Below are positions 19,010 through 29,101 of a stretch of DNA of 64,000 nucleotides, one piece after another. Position numbers and translations under genes: made by a program. Source of the DNA: Polyangiaceae bacterium (GTDB lineage: Bacteria > Myxococcota_A > Polyangia > Polyangiales > Polyangiaceae); assembly GCA_033763455.1 (NCBI GenBank), contig JANRKO010000006.1, positions 384,001-448,000 of the forward strand. The letters run 5' to 3'. How positions within the stretch are numbered: position 1 is the stretch's first letter; each line of letters starts with the position of its first letter. The notes beneath the pieces were generated by a model, which saw only the letters and a program-made list of their open reading frames with translations, was not told the DNA's origin and did not search any database.

Positions 19010-19759
19010 TTATTGGTTGCAGCCCAGGGGCTCGCTCGAGCTGGCTCCAGCAGCACCGGCGGCACCGGCCGCGAAACCCGGGGTGCAGCGACAGCCACGG
19101 CACTCGAACGTTGGAAAACAGTCGATGCTCGCTCGGCACTCAACTCGGCATTGGCCATCGACGCAAGCGAGGGGTATGGGGCAGTCGGAATTGTAAACGC
19201 AGGGTGTGCCACTGCCGGCGGTGAGCTGCTCAGGAAGCTTGCCAAGGGTCAGCTCACTTTGTTCGGCGCAGCTCCCGGTGGCGCAGGCCTGACCCTTCAG
19301 GCAATCCCGATCGGTCTTGCATTGATCGCGACACTGGCCGTCGACTGCGCACAGCTGGCCCATCGGGCACTGACTGTTGAATGTGCAAGATTTTTCCTCC
19401 TCCAGTTGGCACACCGCCACTGGACGATCGGCGGCGACGCAACGTTGCCCTGGATCGCAATCCTTGGAGTCCGCGCATTCAACGTGGCAGCGCCGAAATG
19501 CGCACACGAGCTTGCCGTCGCAGTCGCTGTTGATCAGGCAGCCCTCCGAGAGCTTCGCTGCGGTGATCGCAGCGGCATCGGAGTTGCCCGAGCAGCCACC
19601 CATTTGTGAAACGAGCAACCCACCTCCTAGTGCCATCACTAGGAAGCGCGGGTAGCGGCGAACAAAGAACAACGACGACGAAAGCGCGGCAATCAGCATG
19701 AGGCTAACCAGCCTCTTACCACCCCGAGAGCTCACAAGGAAAGGCGGGCCCTTCCACAT
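19010..19759 (-). CDS. Cys-rich repeat lipoprotein, paralog of the N-terminus of the RCC1 protein
   Basis: Lipobox MGGC; Cys spacing collinear with the neighbour. Start uncertain. Confidence 0.75.
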   Translation of the reverse strand: MWKGPPFLVSSRGGKRLVSLMLIAALSSSLFFVRRYPRFLVMALGGGLLVSQMGGCSGNSDAAAITAAKLSEGCLINSDCDGKLVCAFRRCHVECADSKDCDPGQRCVAADRPVAVCQLEEEKSCTFNSQCPMGQLCAVDGQCRDQCKTDRDCLKGQACATGSCAEQSELTLGKLPEQLTAGSGTPCVYNSDCPIPLACVDGQCRVECRASIDCFPTFECRGCRCTPGFAAGAAGAAGASSSEPLGCNQ

Positions 19760-19846
19760 CTTATCCGGACAAGCCGCGCCGAATGAAGGGGAGGCGCCAA
19801 GGCGCCTAATGAGTGACCTTCTTACAGCCTACTGCGAACGTCCCAA

Positions 19847-20188
19847 TCAGGGCTCGCTCGGGTCACGATCGCGGTGTTCGTTCCAGTGCGTCTTGGCCGC
19901 ATTGTAAACGGCCCGAACCGCCTCCGTGCGCTCTTCATCACTCACTGCGCGCATGCCACGCTTGATAAGATCTGGAACTATGAATTGATCTACCCGGGCC
20001 CGAGACTCGCTCATCGTGCCCGGCCAGGCGCCCGCTGCCGCTCGGCCCTGCCGATGCAGCTCTTCCCGGCTCAACCGCGCCCACTCGATCCCCAGGGTCG
20101 ACGCCCTTCGATCCAAGAATGACTGCCGACGGTTGTTGGTGTTGGGCCGCTTGGGCTGGCCCTCTGTTGTGATGATTCGAGTTGACAT
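19847..20188 (-). CDS. Small basic hypothetical protein (113 aa)
   Basis: ATG 20188, MSTRIITT..GRAAAGAWPGTMSESRAR..VYNAAKTHW. Confidence 0.6.
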   Translation of the reverse strand: MSTRIITTEGQPKRPNTNNRRQSFLDRRASTLGIEWARLSREELHRQGRAAAGAWPGTMSESRARVDQFIVPDLIKRGMRAVSDEERTEAVRAVYNAAKTHWNEHRDRDPSEP

Positions 20189-20419
20189 GTTGTACTCTAT
20201 GGCTTCGACACCCCACCTGGTCTCGAATGCCGGGACGCTTCTTAACCTGTATGGGGCGGAAAGTCTTAACAAAAGCGAAGCTTGGAAGCGGTTATTCTGG
20301 GGGAAAATGAAGCCTGACTGTCTTTGGGTGCACCGCCCCCGTCCGACCGGGTGAGCGAGCGGGTACTCCGGGCGGCGAAACAGCGACCCATCAACCCCCA
20401 GCCACGCTAAGACCTTCCC

Positions 20420-21241
20420 GTGATTTCGCAGAATCAGCACGATGCACCACCCGTAATTGTGGCAATTGGCGGGTCCGACCCGAGTGGGGGCGCGGGTATT
20501 CAGGCCGACATCAAGACGATCACCGCTTTCGGGGGTTATGCGGCGGCTGTCATCACGGCGCTCACCGTCCAAAATACGGTCGGGATTTCCGATGTGCTGG
20601 CCATTGACCCCCATTTTGTCGGCCAGCAGCTTGAGGCAGTACTGACGGATTTGCCCGTAGCCGCCATCAAGATCGGCATGCTCCACAGTGCCGAGGTGGT
20701 GCGTGAGGTTGCCGCCATCCTCGAGAGCCTAGCCTTTGGCATCCCGGTCATCCTGGATCCGGTGGTTCTCTCCTCCAGCGGTACGCCACTTTTGGATAAC
20801 ACCGGGATTCGCTCGCTTTGCCAAAGGTTATTGCCGCTGTCGGCACTCATTACCCCCAACCTGCCGGAAGCTCAGCTGTTAACAGGTGTCAAAATTGATG
20901 GGGAGGATGATTTCGGTCGTGCCTGTGACCACTTGTTGGCAGCTGGGGCATCTGCTGTTTTGATCAAAGGGGGGCACCTTCCGGGAGCCTTGGTCGTGGA
21001 TTACCTGCGGATGGGTGACGGCACCGAGCAGCGCTATGAGGCTACGAAGTTGGAGTCTCGCTCCACCCACGGAACGGGCTGTACCCTGGCGTCTGCGATT
21101 GCGACTTTGATAGGGGAGGGGCGTACTCTTTCGGACGCCGTTTACCAGGCGCAACGGTTTGTTCATCAAGCAATTTTGGATGCGGTGCCCATGGGCCGCG
21201 GTGTCGGGCCTCTCAACCACGTGTGTCGTCACCACCGCTAG
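20420..21241 (+). CDS. thiD: Hydroxymethylpyrimidine/phosphomethylpyrimidine kinase
   Basis: IGGSDPSGGAGIQADIKT, KIGML, TPNLPEA, KGGH, THGTGCTLASA. Confidence 0.95.
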   Translation: MISQNQHDAPPVIVAIGGSDPSGGAGIQADIKTITAFGGYAAAVITALTVQNTVGISDVLAIDPHFVGQQLEAVLTDLPVAAIKIGMLHSAEVVREVAAILESLAFGIPVILDPVVLSSSGTPLLDNTGIRSLCQRLLPLSALITPNLPEAQLLTGVKIDGEDDFGRACDHLLAAGASAVLIKGGHLPGALVVDYLRMGDGTEQRYEATKLESRSTHGTGCTLASAIATLIGEGRTLSDAVYQAQRFVHQAILDAVPMGRGVGPLNHVCRHHR

Positions 21242-22113
21242 GTGGGCGGGTGCGACACGCGAGCTCGGCCGCGCGCGAGCTGAGCGAGTTCCTCAAGCCG
21301 CTGCGCTGACGCTAGATGGTCGAGATTGAAGGGGAAATCGTTGCGTACACCGCGTGCGTAACTCGAGAGTTGATCGGGATCCGCGTTTGGGATGCGCAGC
21401 AAAGCCCGACGCAATTGAGCCGCAAGCTCTTCGGTGCAAAGAGCACTCATGGCTCGCAGCAGCTGAAGTGAGAAGCTGAACCACGCCGCGTTACTGGTGC
21501 CTTCGGCGAGCCTTAGGCCAAACTCCACCGCTTTTTCGCACGTGTTTCCGTCAACCTTAACACCGCTTTGCAGGCTCGTTAAGACACGCTTGAGGTGGCT
21601 GGCGAGCAACATCTCCGCCTCGCCCATACGGCCATCGGCGAGCGCCCGTTCGGCAACCTGACCTACAAGCTCAAGCGCACCAGCCTGACGTGTCGAATCA
21701 CTGTGGGCGCGACCGCCTGAAAAAGAAACGTTCGCCTCGCGCTCGTCTTCCGATCCGGTACCTAGGCTTCGATGCCCGCGTGTGGCCTCCGAGATCTCTA
21801 TGGTTTGGTCGATGCGTGCGGCGCCGACGACAAGCTCAAGCTCACGATGACCGATGCGGAGCTTATCGCCTGGCTTAAGCACGCGCGTGCCAAAGATGCG
21901 CTGACCGTTCACCAGAACCCCGTTCACGCTGTCCAGATCTTTAACGATCGCCGTTTCGCCGGCGACGCGCAGCTCCGCGTGCCGTCGGGATACCAGGGGC
22001 CCATCTATCACGAGGTTGCAAAGCGGGCTGCGTCCGATCACGTAGTTGCCCAAGCCAAGTGCGAGATCTTGTCCGCCGCTGCGCAGGTAGATGGTGGTTT
22101 TCGGTAGTGCCAA
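21238..22113 (-). CDS. FHA-domain protein
   Basis: IGRSPLC..VSRRHA..DLDSVNGVLVNG..L.PGD.LRIG followed by a helical domain. Confidence 0.88.
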   Translation of the reverse strand: MALPKTTIYLRSGGQDLALGLGNYVIGRSPLCNLVIDGPLVSRRHAELRVAGETAIVKDLDSVNGVLVNGQRIFGTRVLKPGDKLRIGHRELELVVGAARIDQTIEISEATRGHRSLGTGSEDEREANVSFSGGRAHSDSTRQAGALELVGQVAERALADGRMGEAEMLLASHLKRVLTSLQSGVKVDGNTCEKAVEFGLRLAEGTSNAAWFSFSLQLLRAMSALCTEELAAQLRRALLRIPNADPDQLSSYARGVRNDFPFNLDHLASAQRLEELAQLARGRARVSHPPT

Positions 22114-22284
22114 GCTGACTCGATCCTCGTGAGCCCGGGCGGCTCCCCTCGGCCTGCAGGGCGGCAGAGGTCTGGTTTCCTAGCAAACACGAACGAGCAA
22201 TTTTCGGCTGGCTTTAGCCCTTGAGCGTGTATTCGTGGCGTTTAGTTGGCGAGTGTCCCAAGATGAGCCGAGCTCAGAGGCAAC

Positions 22285-23601
22285 ATGACGCGACGAACCT
22301 CGAAAGGCCTGGTGCTTGTAGTGCTCGCGGGCTTGGCTAGCTTGAACCGAGCATGTGCGTCGGATGCCGACTCCCTGGGTGTAAGTGTGTCTTTGGCGGG
22401 GGCCGCCGGACAGATGAATCTTCCACGTCCAATTCGGGGAGCGGGCGGAACTCGTATGGCCTCGTTGGGGGGAGCGACCAACTCGCTTCCGGAGGCACCC
22501 CGCCGCGCGCCTGAGCCCGCGGGAGCTTCGGTTGTGACCTTCCTGCACGGCGTGGCGGACGCCCCCAACGTTGCATTGTGCTTCTCCAAGGACAGTGCGG
22601 ACGGGCAAGTGTCACTTTCTGAACGCCCCTGGCCGACGGGTGGGATGGCTTTTGGAGCAAGTGAGCGACTGGACGCTCCTGCAGGTCTCGACGTTGACAA
22701 AGAAACGCTGGTTGCTGTCCTCGTTGCTGGCGAATCGAACCTCTTGGAAAGCACGACGTGTGCAGAGGTGAACGCCCTCTTGGCTGTTGGCGGCGGGTTA
22801 AACCAAAAGGTTTACGACCCATCGGTAGCTGCAGCGGACGCCGCGTTTGCGGGCGCGGCCGGAACAGCAGGATCCTCGGGGGCGGGCGCAACAGCTGGCG
22901 CCTATGGGATGGGTGGGACGAGCGGCGCCTCAGGGCAAACTGGTTCAGGTGGCGCCTTGGGCGTGGGCGGGCAGTTGGGAGGCGGGGGAGTGGCGGGCGC
23001 CGGAAACGAACCACGGGGTATTCGTGTGCGGCTGCTGGGAGGTTTGCCTAGTGGGACTTTTAGTGCATCCACAAGTTACCTGTTTGCCGCCACGGGATGT
23101 TTAGGTGCCCCCAACCACACCCATAAGCTTGAAGCTTTGGTATGTGGAGCTGGCTATACCCCCAAAACCAGCACACTCACGCCTCTCTTAGTTTCACTCA
23201 GCCGCATTACCACATTCAACGCTCCAGGCTTGCAGGTGGTGAATGGGAGCCTCGGCGAAAGTGAACTCTCCCTTTTGACCCAGCCAGGCCCGCTGAGCGT
23301 CCAGACGCCAGTTACCATTGTGAGCGGTCTTTCGTTCGGCACGATAGGGCCCTTCCCGCCGTACGCGCCCGCGCCCCCGACGGAATATTGGACGCCCGTA
23401 GGTGCAACGCTGCGTGTGGACAGCAATCAATTGGAAGTGATTTGGAAAAACCTGCTGCAGCGCTCAGGGATCGCCACCCTTGAGATTGCGAAAAATTACA
23501 GCGTGATCTTGGTGGGGCCAGCCCCAGCGGTGACCGAAGCTGGATGGTGGAACGCCGCCACGCTCAGCCTCATTGCCAACGACCCTCCGCCCGCAAAGTA
23601 A
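22285..23601 (+). CDS. Hypothetical secreted protein/lipoprotein (DUF4397-like beta-sandwich split by a Gly-rich insert)
   Basis: Signal peptide with RAC; VTFLHGVADAPNV resembles the DUF4397 start; Gly/Ala-rich internal tract. Confidence 0.55.
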   Translation: MTRRTSKGLVLVVLAGLASLNRACASDADSLGVSVSLAGAAGQMNLPRPIRGAGGTRMASLGGATNSLPEAPRRAPEPAGASVVTFLHGVADAPNVALCFSKDSADGQVSLSERPWPTGGMAFGASERLDAPAGLDVDKETLVAVLVAGESNLLESTTCAEVNALLAVGGGLNQKVYDPSVAAADAAFAGAAGTAGSSGAGATAGAYGMGGTSGASGQTGSGGALGVGGQLGGGGVAGAGNEPRGIRVRLLGGLPSGTFSASTSYLFAATGCLGAPNHTHKLEALVCGAGYTPKTSTLTPLLVSLSRITTFNAPGLQVVNGSLGESELSLLTQPGPLSVQTPVTIVSGLSFGTIGPFPPYAPAPPTEYWTPVGATLRVDSNQLEVIWKNLLQRSGIATLEIAKNYSVILVGPAPAVTEAGWWNAATLSLIANDPPPAK

Positions 23602-23612
23602 AGTGCCGAGGC

Positions 23613-24467
23613 CTAGTGGCGTAGCTGCACGTCGGCGAGCTTCGCTTTGACGTCGTTTAAGAAGGGCGAGTTGGGAAAGCGCCGGATGAACGAGCGGAGG
23701 GTCGTTTTGGCGTCATTGTAAGCCTCGATCTGGAGCTGAGTGTTCGCCAAAAGCAACGTGGCATCGTCCAGAATTTCTCTGTCCGGCGAGGATTCGGAAA
23801 GCTCAATCAGACTCGTGATGGCGTCTCGATGGTGGCCAAGCTGGGTGCGGGCGAGCGCGAGTTGATAAGTTGCCGACGGGCTGTGTGCGGCGTTGTCTTT
23901 GTAACGCAGCGATTCGAGCATCGCTTCTTCCGTTTCGTGCCAGCGCTGGTTTTGAGCGTGTTCGAGGCCGGCTTGATACGCTTGCAGCGAGAGCTGATTC
24001 TTCGCCTGTTCAGCGGCGTTTTGGAAAACCAAACGTTCGGTGGCCGTGAGGGCTAACGCGGAAACATCGGAGTAGCCGTCGATGATCTCCTTGTAGTTGC
24101 GCTGTTCGATCAAACGATAGAAGTCGAGCGCCAGGCGCCCAGCGCGGGTGGCCTTTTCCTCTCGGGCTTGAGCACCCTTCAGCTCCTTATCCATTTGCGT
24201 GACCGCATCGCGCGTGTCTTTGGTTTCGGCCCGCACTGCGTCGATTTTGAGGTCCCAAGCGAGCTTTACGGCCACCAGAATGACCAAGGTGGTCACTACG
24301 TAGGCTGTGGCCGTACTGAAGACGGCACGCCGCTCGGAGCCTTGCTGGCGCTTGGAAATGCTTTTTAGATCCGCGGCTAGCGCATTAACTAGGTTGTTCG
24401 TCTTGATCGAAAGGGAACGCCCCTCCACGATCTCGCGCTTGATTTCCTCCAGTTCGTACTCGTCCAT
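23613..24467 (-). CDS. TM + coiled-coil + TPR protein (CpoB/YbgF- or BamD-like C-terminus)
   Basis: One TM helix, coiled coil, TPRs ending FIRRFPNSPF. Confidence 0.7.
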   Translation of the reverse strand: MDEYELEEIKREIVEGRSLSIKTNNLVNALAADLKSISKRQQGSERRAVFSTATAYVVTTLVILVAVKLAWDLKIDAVRAETKDTRDAVTQMDKELKGAQAREEKATRAGRLALDFYRLIEQRNYKEIIDGYSDVSALALTATERLVFQNAAEQAKNQLSLQAYQAGLEHAQNQRWHETEEAMLESLRYKDNAAHSPSATYQLALARTQLGHHRDAITSLIELSESSPDREILDDATLLLANTQLQIEAYNDAKTTLRSFIRRFPNSPFLNDVKAKLADVQLRH

Positions 24468-24655
24468 GGCGTTGGAACCCTGCTCCCCCCGAGTATCCCT
24501 CCGAGGGCGGCCCCGCAAGCCAAGGCGTTCCAAAGGCCTAAATTGGGACTCGGCGGGCGCTTAAACCCCGATTTGCGGGGGGCAGCGCTGTTTTTGGCGC
24601 CCCAGCACCAGAACTTGGCTTTTTTCTCTAAGGCCTGTGCGCTATGAGGCGCCCC

Positions 24656-25219
24656 ATGGATACCAGCGACATCAAAAAAGGGCTCAAGCTCATGATGGAC
24701 GGTCAGCCTTACATTGTTACGGACTTTCAGTTCGTAAAGCCCGGCAAGGGGCAGGCTTTCACGCGCACGAAGCTTCGAAACATGCTCACGGGAAGCAACC
24801 TGGAGCGCAATATTCGGTCCGGTGAAAAGTTCGATCAGGCGGATGTAGAGGACAAGACCCTCCAATACATTTACCCCGAGGGCGATGCCTTCGTGTTCAT
24901 GAGCTCGGTGAGCGGTGAGCAGGTAAGCGTTCAGAAGGAAATTATCGGGGATGATGCGGACTTTCTGATCGACGGCATCGAAGTCACGATCACGATCTAC
25001 CAGGGAAATCCAGTAAGCGTGGCTCTGCCTCCCCATATTATCGTGCAGGTAACGTCCACCGAACCGGGCGTGAAGGGCGATACGGCCACCAACGTGACCA
25101 AACCCGCAACGGTGAGCACAGGTGCTACGGTCGCCGTCCCACTCTTCGTCGGCGAAGGCGACTGGATCCGCGTGGATACACGTACGCGCAGTTACTTGGA
25201 GCGCGCCAAAGCTCCCTGA
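24656..25219 (+). CDS. efp: Elongation factor P
   Basis: FVKPGKGQAF, PGVKGDTA, VPLFV..GD.IRVDTR. Confidence 0.97.
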   Translation: MDTSDIKKGLKLMMDGQPYIVTDFQFVKPGKGQAFTRTKLRNMLTGSNLERNIRSGEKFDQADVEDKTLQYIYPEGDAFVFMSSVSGEQVSVQKEIIGDDADFLIDGIEVTITIYQGNPVSVALPPHIIVQVTSTEPGVKGDTATNVTKPATVSTGATVAVPLFVGEGDWIRVDTRTRSYLERAKAP

Positions 25220-27144
25220 GCTTCGAACAGCACGGGCCGCCCTGCTTCCAAGCAAGCGACTCTCTCACCTCCATTTTGAATCACGCAGTCTGACAGCTGC
25301 GTGATCGCCCTGGCCGGTTCGGGAGTCCAAAGTTGGGGCGTTGGACCATCCACGAAGAGCCCGAGATTTGTGGGCACTACAAGCCACTTCCCGTCGGGTG
25401 ACCGGGGACTGCCCGCTACCACGGGTAGGTCACCGAATGGCTGCCCCACCGGGGCGATTGGAAGCGCTCCGAACAGCACGTGCAGCTGACCACCTTTGAA
25501 GCCGAGCGGCGCCACCGATGGCAACAGGGGCCCTTTATGCCCATTACAAGCTCCGGGGCGTGGTGCTAGGAACGAGCTCGCTACGGGCGGCTGGGGCACA
25601 CCCGAGCTGTCACTAAATACCATGCTCACAAACGGGCTGTCGCAAGGGAGCGTGATACCTGTGAAGAGCTGACCGCTGGGAGAGGCGACCGAAAGTGGCC
25701 AAGCCGAAAGGTTGCTTTCAGTGCTCGCGTTGTCAGCTCCCGCTGTTCCGGGTGCGCCGCCGGCCCCTGGAGTAGGGGGGGCTACCGTTCCGTCGGTCGT
25801 TATCCGTACTACACCGGTATCGCTGAGTAACAGCAGCCCGTTGGAGTCAAACGTTAACGGTGAATAGCGCGGTGAAGGTAGTTGCCTCTGAACCATTGCG
25901 GCAATCGGCAGCCTCTGCGCGCGGCGTTCCAACAAGGTCTTGGTGAATTCGGTCGTCAGCTTCTTCGTAGCCGCGCTATCGACATTGGCGAAGAACCAGT
26001 CGCGGGTCGCAAGCGCGGCCAGGGCAAAGAGTGGCTTTTTCTGCTTGAGGGCGAGCCGGACCCGAGTCTGGAGCACTCGGAACGCGACCTTGTCCATGTT
26101 GTTGCAGCGCACTGCGCCGCCGTCGGCGTCGGTGACGCGAAAAGTGCCACTTTCGGCACAGACGCTGGCGAAGTAGCGCACAGTTGCGTCGAGGGTGGAT
26201 GCGGCTCTTTGTGCGGCGGCGGCAGTAAGGCTGCGACTGCTCGGTGCTTGCGCGGCTTTCCACAAAGAAAAAGAGGGTTCGCTGGGATCGCGGGCGAGGC
26301 CAGAGGCGCGATCGAGCCAGACAAGTGGTGCCGAAACGGAAGTGTTGGGTGCGCCCTGCTCGCCTACCCGGATCATCACCTGCACGTCGTCACTTTGATC
26401 GCCGTCGCGATCCTGGGAATCCACACTCACGTCGAGCGTTTCGCCGGGTGCCGCCGCGGCGATTCGAAGAGTTAACCGGATAGTGTGCTGATTCATGGGT
26501 GCGAGTACTAGCAGCGCACGTGTGGGTGCTCGCGCGATGAGCGGCGTTTGGCATTCGGCCCGGATGTCCAAGGTGACGCTGTGGGCACCCGTTTGAGCGA
26601 GTTCAACCTTGCGCTGGCAGCCTTCGGCGCTGGGCACAAAGCCCGGTACTCCTGCGAGCTGTCGCGGGGGCGCTCCCGCTTCAAACAGCCATGCACCCAC
26701 CTGTGGGAGAGGTGGCCCCACGGGTGGTGTTGTGCCGGTGATGGGTGCTGCGTTGAGCCATGCGACGACTTCGAGTCGCCCGTCGTTGTTAAAATCCCCG
26801 CTCACTGCGCGTTCAAAGGCAAGGCCCGCGGGGGCGGTGATATCCTGATCGCCGAGGTGCCAGGTGGTGGCACCTTTTGGCGCAATTTCACTTGTTTTTG
26901 GGGCAAATGCGGGCGCGCCGGCTGCCGCCTGTGGGCCAGCCTCGGGTGCATGGGCGGCGCCGCCAACGGCATGCGGCGCGGAAGCCACTTTAAAAGGCGT
27001 GTACGGCTTCTCTCGCTCACAGCTCTTGCATGACACAAACCAGAGTGAAGATAACCCGCAGACGAGTGTGAACAGAGGACGAACGCTCGACGACATGTGG
27101 GGATAGCGGTTCGGGGAAACGGCGCGTTGGCGGAGTGGATTCAT
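25192..27144 (-). CDS. Hypothetical lipoprotein with FG-GAP/Ca-binding-like DxDxDG loops
   Basis: FVSCKSC signal; GDFNNDGRLEV and DRDGDQSDD; 4-nt overlap with the upstream crt stop. Confidence 0.65.
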   Translation of the reverse strand: MNPLRQRAVSPNRYPHMSSSVRPLFTLVCGLSSLWFVSCKSCEREKPYTPFKVASAPHAVGGAAHAPEAGPQAAAGAPAFAPKTSEIAPKGATTWHLGDQDITAPAGLAFERAVSGDFNNDGRLEVVAWLNAAPITGTTPPVGPPLPQVGAWLFEAGAPPRQLAGVPGFVPSAEGCQRKVELAQTGAHSVTLDIRAECQTPLIARAPTRALLVLAPMNQHTIRLTLRIAAAAPGETLDVSVDSQDRDGDQSDDVQVMIRVGEQGAPNTSVSAPLVWLDRASGLARDPSEPSFSLWKAAQAPSSRSLTAAAAQRAASTLDATVRYFASVCAESGTFRVTDADGGAVRCNNMDKVAFRVLQTRVRLALKQKKPLFALAALATRDWFFANVDSAATKKLTTEFTKTLLERRAQRLPIAAMVQRQLPSPRYSPLTFDSNGLLLLSDTGVVRITTDGTVAPPTPGAGGAPGTAGADNASTESNLSAWPLSVASPSGQLFTGITLPCDSPFVSMVFSDSSGVPQPPVASSFLAPRPGACNGHKGPLLPSVAPLGFKGGQLHVLFGALPIAPVGQPFGDLPVVAGSPRSPDGKWLVVPTNLGLFVDGPTPQLWTPEPARAITQLSDCVIQNGGERVACLEAGRPVLFEAQGALARSK

Positions 27145-27938
27145 GTTCCTGTGAACGCAGGAACGCGTTTCTCGCTGAACGCTGACATTCCTTCTTGGGC
27201 ATCAGCCGTTTGGAACAATCCTCCAAATGCCCTCGCTTCGCGCGCGAACGCCGCGGCGTGGTGCCCTTCCAAATCTGCGTTGAGAAGCTCTTTGGCCTTC
27301 GCCACCGCAAGTGGCGCCGCAACTCGAACGCGGCCGGCCGCTTCCAGCGCTCTTTCGAGCAAGCTTTCGGGTGCCACCACAGCATTGACGAGCCCCGCAG
27401 CGAAGGCTTCGCTGGCATTCAAATTTCGCCCAGAAAACACCATTTCTCGAGCAAGGCCGAGGCTCACTCGGCGTGCCAAGCGCTCAGTGCCACCAAACCC
27501 CGGGATGAGGCCCAGCGTGACCTCGGGTAAGCCGAAGCGTGCGCGCTCGGAGGCCAGCATGAAGTCCGCACAGAGCGCGAGCTCAAGACCACCGCCGAGT
27601 GCGAAACCGTTCACAGCCGCAATGACAGGAAAGGGGGAACGCTCCATGAGTTGACCGAGCCGATGCCCCGTTTCGCTGAAACGCGTGGCAGCGTCGCTTC
27701 CCATCCCATTCATGTGCGCCAAATCGGCCCCTGCAACGAAGGCTTTCTCGCCGGCCCCGATGAGGATCACCGCTCGTGGCGCGCAAGCTCGCGCAAAGGC
27801 TTCGCCAAAATCTGTGAAGGCGGCCGTCAGTTCCTCAATCATGAGTAGGTTGATGGCGTTGAGCTTGTCTGGTCGATTCAGCTTCACGATGGGTGTAAGC
27901 GCATCGCCCTCGATCAAGATTGTTTGAAATGTTCTCAT
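27141..27938 (-). CDS. crt: Enoyl-CoA hydratase/crotonase
   Basis: LNRPDKLNA, AFVAGAD, NGFALGGGLELAL, GLPEV.LGLIPGFGGT. Confidence 0.9.
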   Translation of the reverse strand: MRTFQTILIEGDALTPIVKLNRPDKLNAINLLMIEELTAAFTDFGEAFARACAPRAVILIGAGEKAFVAGADLAHMNGMGSDAATRFSETGHRLGQLMERSPFPVIAAVNGFALGGGLELALCADFMLASERARFGLPEVTLGLIPGFGGTERLARRVSLGLAREMVFSGRNLNASEAFAAGLVNAVVAPESLLERALEAAGRVRVAAPLAVAKAKELLNADLEGHHAAAFAREARAFGGLFQTADAQEGMSAFSEKRVPAFTGT

Positions 27939-28849
27939 TGGGGAACCCGAGAAGTTGAGCCAAAAAGCGGCGCTTCCCCGAGCTTTTTGCCGCGTTCGTC
28001 GTAGTCGTAGAACCCGCGTCGGCTCTTTTTCCCAAGCCGACCCGCGGCAACCATGTTTCGAAGGAGCGTGCTGGCCCGGTACTTCGTGTCGCCGAACTCG
28101 CTCTGCAGAACTTCAGTGATTGCGAGGACTGTGTCGAGGCCGATCAAGTCCGCAAGTTCGAGTGGCCCCATCGGGTGGTTGAGGCCAAGACGTGCGCCTT
28201 GGTCGATATCCGAGACGGTCGCGAGATCTTCTTGGAGTGCGAAGATGGCTTCATTCACGAGCGGCACGAGCATGCGGTTCACCACAAATCCAGGATGATC
28301 ACGGCTTACAATGACCTCCTTGCCGAGCGAAAGAGACAGCGCCCGCGCCGTGGCGAGCGTGGCATCACTCGTCTCAAGGCCTCGTACGATCTCCACCAGC
28401 TTCATGAGTGGTACGGGGTTCATGAAATGAAGCCCCACAACCTGGGCCGGGCGTGAAGTGACCGAAGCGAGCCGGGTGATGGAGATGCTCGACGTATTCG
28501 TCGCCAGGATGGCGTGAGGCTGTGCTGCAGCGTCGGCGTTCCGCAGGAGTTGCAACTTGAGCTCAACGTTTTCGGTGGCCGCCTCGATGATCAGATCGGC
28601 TTCAGAAAGGCCTGCTGCGGTGGCGATGAGGCGAGCTTCGATTTGTTCGGCAACCTCTGCCGTGAGCGTCGCTTTTTCGACCAAACGCCGCACTTGAGCG
28701 ACCACCTTATTGCGGCCGACCTCCGCGCGTTCGAGGCTAATATCTGAGAGCAATACCCGGTAACCAGCTGTGGCACATACTTGTGCGATGCCGCCGCCCA
28801 TTTGTCCCGCACCCACGACACAGACGGTCTTGATTTGTTCAACGCTCAT
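27935..28849 (-). CDS. hbd: 3-hydroxybutyryl-CoA dehydrogenase
   Basis: GAGQMGGGIA, EAATEN, TNTSSISI, GLHFMNPVP, PGFVVNR, HPMGP. Confidence 0.93.
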   Translation of the reverse strand: MSVEQIKTVCVVGAGQMGGGIAQVCATAGYRVLLSDISLERAEVGRNKVVAQVRRLVEKATLTAEVAEQIEARLIATAAGLSEADLIIEAATENVELKLQLLRNADAAAQPHAILATNTSSISITRLASVTSRPAQVVGLHFMNPVPLMKLVEIVRGLETSDATLATARALSLSLGKEVIVSRDHPGFVVNRMLVPLVNEAIFALQEDLATVSDIDQGARLGLNHPMGPLELADLIGLDTVLAITEVLQSEFGDTKYRASTLLRNMVAAGRLGKKSRRGFYDYDERGKKLGEAPLFGSTSRVPQ

Positions 28850-29101
28850 CCAAATAGCGCTATCGCGTTGGGCGATCTGGGGCAAGCCTCGGGGCCGCGA
28901 AGCGCCCCGCGCACCGGACAACCGGGGACCACGTGCGTGGCGCTAGAATTGGGCCGACGGGCCTGGCTCCAATGGGCATTCGAGCGACTATCGGTTTGGC
29001 GTTGAAACATCGATCGATGTCCGGGCGCTTGGGGTTGACAGAACTTCGCGCTGCGAAATTAGGCCCGGCTTTTCGCTGAGCATAGTAAAAAGGGACCCAG
29101 A

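Noticed and set aside
17102..19759. TraA/TraB kin-recognition locus
   Set aside because: No PA14-like variable domain on these proteins, no MYXO-CTERM and no adjacent OmpA-barrel TraB; the PA14 gene at 54.9 kb lacks Cys repeats.
20189..20419. TPP riboswitch upstream of thiD
   Set aside because: Conserved GCTGAGA and CCTGA..AATA..GCG.AGGGA elements not found.
24525..24545. Sigma-54 promoter (TGGAACGCCTTGGC, minus strand) for the TPR gene at 23613-24467
   Set aside because: GG-to-GC spacing is 9 nt rather than the required 10.
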